Source of the DNA: an uncultured Acidobacteriota bacterium
GTDB taxonomy: Bacteria > Acidobacteriota > Thermoanaerobaculia > Gp7-AA8
Length of the DNA: 64,000 bases
NCBI GenBank assembly: GCA_963822445.1
Contig: CAWGHO010000002.1
Span: 672,001-736,000 of the forward strand
Reading direction: 5' to 3'
A program made the position numbers and the translations under genes. Shown in pieces: positions 59,064 through 64,000 of this stretch. Below the pieces are notes generated by a model. The model was given only the letters and a program-made list of their open reading frames with translations, was not told where the DNA came from and searched no databases. Every line of letters begins with the position of its first letter. Position 1 is the stretch's first letter.

Positions 59064-60845
59064 TCAATATAGCGGAACCAGCGCCGCGAGCTCGTCGAGG
59101 CGCGTGACCGGCGCGTCGCGGCGCTCGATGAGCGTGGTGACGTCGAGCGAATCGAGCGCGGCCAGCTCGTGGGTGCGCATCGATCGATCGCAGGGGCAAT
59201 CGTTCTCGGGCGTCAGGTAGTTGGCGATGACGCCGCCGATGGAGATACCGCGCTCGCGCAGGTTCGCCAGCAGGCGCTCCGTTTCGGCGACGACGATGCG
59301 CTCGGGACGCGTGACCACGAAAACGGCCGTGTCTTTCGATCGCAGTGCTTCGTCGACCGACTTCAGCGCGCGCGATGCATTCACCAGCTCCTCGCCGAGG
59401 GAGCCGGCGGGGATGAGGTCGCGATACTTGAGGAGGAGGCGCATGAACTCGCGCACCCACTCGCCGGCCGCGCGGGGGAGATCGAGCAGCCGCAGGAAAT
59501 GACCGGTCGGCGCGGTGTCGACGACGATCGCCGCCTGCGTTTCGTCGGCGAGGAGCTTCGACAGGCGCGTGATCGCGAACAGCTCATCCGCCCCGGGCGG
59601 CGCGATCTCCAGCAACTTCTTCATCGCCTCGGAATCGTGAGAGAGGGACATCCCGCGCGGCGTCAGTGCGTCGATGGCGTCTTCGATTTTCGTTCCGACG
59701 CTTTCGCGGAACCGGCGCCACTTCTCGCGGGTGTCGACGATTTCCACGGTGAGATTCGCCGGCGGTTGCTCGTTGGCGAAAACGTCGCGGAGGGAGTGCG
59801 CGGGATCGACGGAGATGACAGTGAACTGCTTGCCGGGATCTTTGCGCGCGAGCTGCAACGCGATCGAGGCGGCGCAGGTGGTCTTGCCCACTCCGCCCTT
59901 GCCGGCGAGGAAGGTCAGGCGTTGGAGTGCGGCGGCTCTGCCGCCGCTTTGGACCCGCGCGGAGCGCGCCTCCGGCGCATGGGAAAGCGGCGGCAGAGCC
60001 GCCGCACTCCATTCGGGCGGGACGCACCAACGCGGAACATCCACAACACGCGCAAACCGTTTCCTCGCCTCCGCATCACGCGTCGCGCGAACGCGGCAGC
60101 GATCGCAATCGACATCGAGGATCGCGCGATTCAGGATCACGAACGGCACATTGATCGCGGCATGGATCTCAATCTCCGCGGCGAGCCTGATGGTCTGCTC
60201 GACCACCCACGGCTCGGACAACATCACCGGCACGAACGCCGCCCGCGCGGGATCGGTGAGCAGTTCGCGCCGCCGTTGCGCCCGTGAATCGAAATCATCG
60301 ATGAAGGCATCCAGCGCGTCGCGAACATCGCGCCGGGTGAACTGCCGGACCATGGCCCGATGCTTTTCCTGCATCGCATCCAGGGCCAGGGCGAGCTGGC
60401 GGAAATGATCCGACGACGACAGCATCCGCAAGGTGTGTCCGGTCGGCGCGGTATCGACGACGATCAGCGCGCCAGGGTTCTCTTCGATCAACTCGCCGAT
60501 GTGCATCCAGGCCATCAGCTCGTCGACGCCGGGCAGGGAGAGCTCGAACAGACGGCGCAACTCTTCGCGATCGAGATACGTGCCGCGGTCGCCGATCTCG
60601 AGGAAGGACTCGAGGTGCGTACCGAGGAAGCGCGCATAAAGCTTGTCGGCGTCGAGGGATTCGATGCGCAACGGCAGATTGAGATCGGAGAGATTCGAAG
60701 CTGGGTCGGTGGTGAAGAGGATGACCTCGCGCGTCTTCGCGTAGTGCAGCGCGGCCGCGGCGGAGATGGTGGTCTTTCCGACGCCGCCTTTCCCGCCGAA
60801 CAGTACGACGCGCCTCGACGCGAGCTCGTCGAGCTCGCGGATCAT
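59064..60845 (-). CDS. Tandem-domain ArsA/GET3 family ATPase
   Basis: Two GKGGVGKTT, TDPA/VDPAHSL, two DTAPTGH; CDRC and CPCD. Confidence 0.88.
   Translation of the reverse strand: MIRELDELASRRVVLFGGKGGVGKTTISAAAALHYAKTREVILFTTDPASNLSDLNLPLRIESLDADKLYARFLGTHLESFLEIGDRGTYLDREELRRLFELSLPGVDELMAWMHIGELIEENPGALIVVDTAPTGHTLRMLSSSDHFRQLALALDAMQEKHRAMVRQFTRRDVRDALDAFIDDFDSRAQRRRELLTDPARAAFVPVMLSEPWVVEQTIRLAAEIEIHAAINVPFVILNRAILDVDCDRCRVRATRDAEARKRFARVVDVPRWCVPPEWSAAALPPLSHAPEARSARVQSGGRAAALQRLTFLAGKGGVGKTTCAASIALQLARKDPGKQFTVISVDPAHSLRDVFANEQPPANLTVEIVDTREKWRRFRESVGTKIEDAIDALTPRGMSLSHDSEAMKKLLEIAPPGADELFAITRLSKLLADETQAAIVVDTAPTGHFLRLLDLPRAAGEWVREFMRLLLKYRDLIPAGSLGEELVNASRALKSVDEALRSKDTAVFVVTRPERIVVAETERLLANLRERGISIGGVIANYLTPENDCPCDRSMRTHELAALDSLDVTTLIERRDAPVTRLDELAALVPLY
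59923..60011. repeat. Perfect 28-bp inverted repeat inside the ArsA-like CDS linker
   Basis: TGGAGTGCGGCGGCTCTGCCGCCGCTTT (59923-59950) / AAAGCGGCGGCAGAGCCGCCGCACTCCA (59984-60011). Confidence 0.9.
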
Positions 60846-61165
60846 CGGTCCCCGTAGCCGGTGTAAATCCCGATGCCGCCGTCTTCCTCGTCCCGCTCGG
60901 CCGCGTACTGCCGCGCGAGCTCTTCTTTCCGCGCGCGGATGTCCCGAAGGGCCTGAAACACGACCGCCTCTTCCTGCCCGTACTCTTCCTCGGTGATCTC
61001 CCCGACCTCGAGCCGCATCTGCAGCTCGATCAGCCGCTCCTTCCACGGCTGATCGTTCATCAACTCCTCGTCAGCCATCTTCTGAATGGTGCGCATCACC
61101 CACTTGAACCCGGCCACCGGGCCGGTCAGGGGGAGGAGGATGAGATCGTCGAGGAGGAAGGCCAT
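60842..61165 (-). CDS. gvpG: Gas vesicle protein GvpG
   Basis: FLLDDLILLP...GFKWV...LIELQMRLEVGEITEEEY. Confidence 0.85.
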   Translation of the reverse strand: MAFLLDDLILLPLTGPVAGFKWVMRTIQKMADEELMNDQPWKERLIELQMRLEVGEITEEEYGQEEAVVFQALRDIRARKEELARQYAAERDEEDGGIGIYTGYGDR

Positions 61166-61242
61166 GGTTTCGGGGTTTCACGGTTACGAGGTTTCGGGGG
61201 GAAGGGTTACCTCGTAACCCCGAAACCTCGTAACCCCGCAAC
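61166..61242. repeat. Inverted tandem 8-mer array (same family as 1705)
   Basis: ggtttcggggtttcacggttacgaggtttcgggg ... cctcgtaaccccgaaacctcgtaaccccgcaac. Confidence 0.85.
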
Positions 61243-62036
61243 TACCTCTCTGCCCGCTCCAGCTTCAAGCGAATGTTGACGAAGTTATACGGCGGCCACG
61301 GCCCCGTGTAGAGAAACGACAGTTTGTTCTCGTATTTCTTGGCGATCTCGGAGATCTGATCGTCGAAGGCCTTGGTCTTGTCGCGCTCGACGAGGAAGGC
61401 GGCGTTCATGATCATCTTGTCGCCGATCGGCTTGTTCGAGCGGGAGGCGATGGCGGCGTCGCGCAGGGCTTCGTAGATCTCGGTCACGTACGCATCGGCC
61501 TTGGCCTGCAGCGCCGATTCGACGACGCGGCCGAGCTGCATGCGCGAAAAGTACGTCGAGGTCGAGGTGTTCGACTGGATCTCGTCCTTGAGCCGGCGGA
61601 TCTCCTCGTTCTCCCCTTCGATCTCCTTGATGACCTGGTCCTTGTCCCAGTTCACCTTCAGGCCGAACTCGATCTTCCCCTCCATCTTCTGGAGCACGTC
61701 GCTGAGCGCTTCGTACGTGCCTTTGAGGAACTCCTTGATGTCGTTCTCGGTGCGGAAGACCGTGCCGAAGCTCATGGGAAGGACGGTGAAGTCCTTCATG
61801 ACCAGCTCGTTGACGTGCTCGTGGGCGAGGGCGTTCTCGCGGGTGGGGTCGAAGACGATCAGGGGGCAGTTCGAGACCACTGCAGCGAACTCGCGATAGT
61901 GGACGGAGTAGACGCGATCGCCGCGGCCACCGATGCCTACGGTGCCGAAATCGCGGGGGATGTCGGTCTTGATGATGCAGTAAACGTACTTGCCTTGTTC
62001 AGTTTCGGGTTGCGATCCCTGAAGCTGCTCGTTCAT
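61242..62036 (-). CDS. gvpF: Gas vesicle protein GvpF
   Basis: YVYCII, LAHEHV, VLPMSFG, EFGLKV, NAAFLV and TGPWPPYNFV. Confidence 0.9.
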   Translation of the reverse strand: MNEQLQGSQPETEQGKYVYCIIKTDIPRDFGTVGIGGRGDRVYSVHYREFAAVVSNCPLIVFDPTRENALAHEHVNELVMKDFTVLPMSFGTVFRTENDIKEFLKGTYEALSDVLQKMEGKIEFGLKVNWDKDQVIKEIEGENEEIRRLKDEIQSNTSTSTYFSRMQLGRVVESALQAKADAYVTEIYEALRDAAIASRSNKPIGDKMIMNAAFLVERDKTKAFDDQISEIAKKYENKLSFLYTGPWPPYNFVNIRLKLERAER

Positions 62037-62050
62037 GCCCTGACCTCGTC

Positions 62051-63145
62051 GTGAATCGAGCGAAGAATACAATAACCGCTGGTTTGCAAGCTCCAGACCC
62101 TCAACAGGTTGCGCCGGCCATCGAGCGCTGGTTCCGCAAAAATCAGCGGCCCCTCCCCTGGCGCGAAGCGTACGACCCATGGCACGTCTGGGTCTCCGAA
62201 GTGATGCTGCAGCAGACCCGCATGGAAGTGGTGCTGCCCTACTTCGCGCGGTTCATCGAGCGCTTTCCCACCGTCGCATCCGCCGCAAACGCCAGCGAAC
62301 AGGATGTCCTGGCGGCCTGGTCGGGTCTCGGCTACTACCGCCGGGCGAGGATGCTCCGCGACGGCGCCATCGACGTGATGGCCCGGTTCGGCGGACGGGT
62401 GCCGTCGACCGTCGAAGAGCTGCTGACCATCCCCGGCATCGGCCGCTACACCGCCGGCGCGATCGCCTCCGTTGCCTGGAACGAACACGCGCCGATCGTC
62501 GACGGCAACGTCGCCCGCATCGTGTCCCGCCTCTTCGCCATCGACGAACCGGTCGGGTCACCCGCGCTCATGCGCGCATCGTGGATTCGCGAAGAACAAC
62601 TGGTCGCGGCGTGCAAAACGCCGCGCGATTTCAACCAGGGCCTGATGGAGTGCGGCGCGCTGATCTGCACGCCGCGCAATCCGCGCTGCGAGTTCTGCCC
62701 CGTTCGCATTCACTGTCTGGCCTTCGCCACGGGTCGCGTCGATGAGCTGCCTCGCGCCAAAGAAAAGAAGCCGACGCGCGAGCTGCGCATCCCGCTCTAC
62801 ATCGTCCTCGACCTCCGCGGCCGCGTGCTCATGCGCCGTGAATCCGGCCCGCTGATGAAATCGATGTATCACCTCCCCCACGGCAACACCGCCCTCCTCG
62901 GCGGCAAGGTCTTCGACGCGCGCCGCGGCGACCTGCTCGGATCGTTCCGGCACACCGTCACCGACCGGCGGATCACCTTCGATGTGTATGCCGCCGATCT
63001 CACAGGCCGCGTGCGCGAATCGAACGACGACTGGTCCACCGATTGTTCATGGATCGACCCCGCGGCCATGCACTCTTTCCCCCATCCCTCCTATGTTCAG
63101 AAGGCGCTGAAGATCGCTAAACTGCAGCCATGCGCGGGCGTGTAG
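62051..63145 (+). CDS. mutY: A/G-specific adenine glycosylase
   Basis: VSEVMLQQT, WSGLGYY, PGIGRYTA, VDGNV and the C-X6-C-X2-C-X5-C Fe-S motif; exact start uncertain. Confidence 0.93.
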   Translation: MNRAKNTITAGLQAPDPQQVAPAIERWFRKNQRPLPWREAYDPWHVWVSEVMLQQTRMEVVLPYFARFIERFPTVASAANASEQDVLAAWSGLGYYRRARMLRDGAIDVMARFGGRVPSTVEELLTIPGIGRYTAGAIASVAWNEHAPIVDGNVARIVSRLFAIDEPVGSPALMRASWIREEQLVAACKTPRDFNQGLMECGALICTPRNPRCEFCPVRIHCLAFATGRVDELPRAKEKKPTRELRIPLYIVLDLRGRVLMRRESGPLMKSMYHLPHGNTALLGGKVFDARRGDLLGSFRHTVTDRRITFDVYAADLTGRVRESNDDWSTDCSWIDPAAMHSFPHPSYVQKALKIAKLQPCAGV

Positions 63146-64000
63146 CGGCGGTACTCCTTCTCCTTTCCATCGTCTCCCTCGACTCCTCCGGTCAGTGTGA
63201 GTACACCCCTCAGTTCAGCGGCCAGTTCCGCTCCACGGTGTACGACGTGGCCGTCGACGGCACCTACCTCTGGACGGCCACCGGCTACGGCGTGCAACTG
63301 CTGCAGGTCACGGCCGGCGTGCCGGAGGTGGTCGACGCCGTTGCACTGATGGGCGCAACACGCGGCATCGCCGTCGCGGCTGGACAGAACATCGCCTACG
63401 CCGGAAGCGGCTCGCGCGTTTTCGTGCTGCGGCGGAACGGCAACCAGATCGAGATCGTCCGCTTCGTCGACGCGCCGGACGTCGTCAACGACCTCGTCGT
63501 GAGCGGCGCGCTGTACGTGGCGACGCGAAACGGAATCGCGCACTACCACGTCATCGATCCGGCGAATCCGATTCGCAGCAACGCGCTGCTGAGCACCTCG
63601 CGGGCGAACGTGCTCGATCTCCACGTCGCCGGCAAAACGCTGTATGCGGCTGATGGCGACCGCACCGTGGAGTTCTTCGACATCTCCGTCGCCTCGCTGC
63701 CGCAGCGCACCGGCGCGCTGGAAACCTCGCTGCGCGCCGGCGCGGTTCACTCCGGGCCCGACGGCACGATCTACGTCTCCGACGACTTCGGCCAGAACAC
63801 GGAGATCTTCGGCGGACCGACGAGCTTCGGCGTGGCCCCGTACGGCTCGACGTCGCTGGCCATGACCGAATCGAATGCAGTGTTCCTGGCCGGATCCGAT
63901 CGGACGCTTCGCGCGGTCGACCTCAGCGCCTTCACGAAGAGTATCGAGCTGTTCGAACAACAGCTCGCGCCGACGGGCGGTTCCGAGAACGGGATCTACG
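63130..64000 (+). CDS. Secreted beta-propeller / LVIVD-like repeat protein (runs off the window edge)
   Basis: Manual translation MRGRVAAVLLLLSIVSLDSSGQCEY...VYDVAVDGTYLWTATGYGVQLL...VLDLHVAGKTLYAADGD; open to the window end. Confidence 0.65.
   Translation, partial: MRGRVAAVLLLLSIVSLDSSGQCEYTPQFSGQFRSTVYDVAVDGTYLWTATGYGVQLLQVTAGVPEVVDAVALMGATRGIAVAAGQNIAYAGSGSRVFVLRRNGNQIEIVRFVDAPDVVNDLVVSGALYVATRNGIAHYHVIDPANPIRSNALLSTSRANVLDLHVAGKTLYAADGDRTVEFFDISVASLPQRTGALETSLRAGAVHSGPDGTIYVSDDFGQNTEIFGGPTSFGVAPYGSTSLAMTESNAVFLAGSDRTLRAVDLSAFTKSIELFEQQLAPTGGSENGIY

Noticed and set aside
59064-60845. ArsA as an arsenic resistance determinant
   Set aside because: No arsR/B/C/D or acr3 nearby; the gene is coupled to gas vesicle genes

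Overview
High-GC bacterial chromosomal window. The gene content (Ser/Thr kinase-TPR fusion, VWFA-related protein, DUF5916, S46/S9/M1/M28 peptidases) suggests Acidobacteriota, possibly Thermoanaerobaculia; this assignment is inference. Housekeeping genes include kbl, purA, ugd, mlaEFD, a class A PBP, rho, engB, lon, clpX, clpP, tig, tRNA-Leu, tRNA-Lys, proC, secA and mutY. Five accessory features stand out. (1) A complete IS110 element (3241-4781) sits inside one arm of a REP-like palindrome. Its left non-coding end can be read by eye as a bridge RNA whose two loops match the actual target site and the element's own circle junction. (2) A short signal-peptide-like uORF ending in RAPG lies directly upstream of secA, a candidate SecM-like arrest peptide. 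(3) A gas-vesicle operon lacks gvpN/O/C but contains a tandem ArsA/GET3-type ATPase. (4) An aryl-polyene-like type II PKS cluster carries two flavin-dependent halogenase-family genes. (5) Several families of palindromic repeats occur, two of them in frame inside proteins. An MNT-HEPN toxin-antitoxin pair with a decayed tandem copy and two single-base frameshifts are also visible. No CRISPR array or rRNA was seen.
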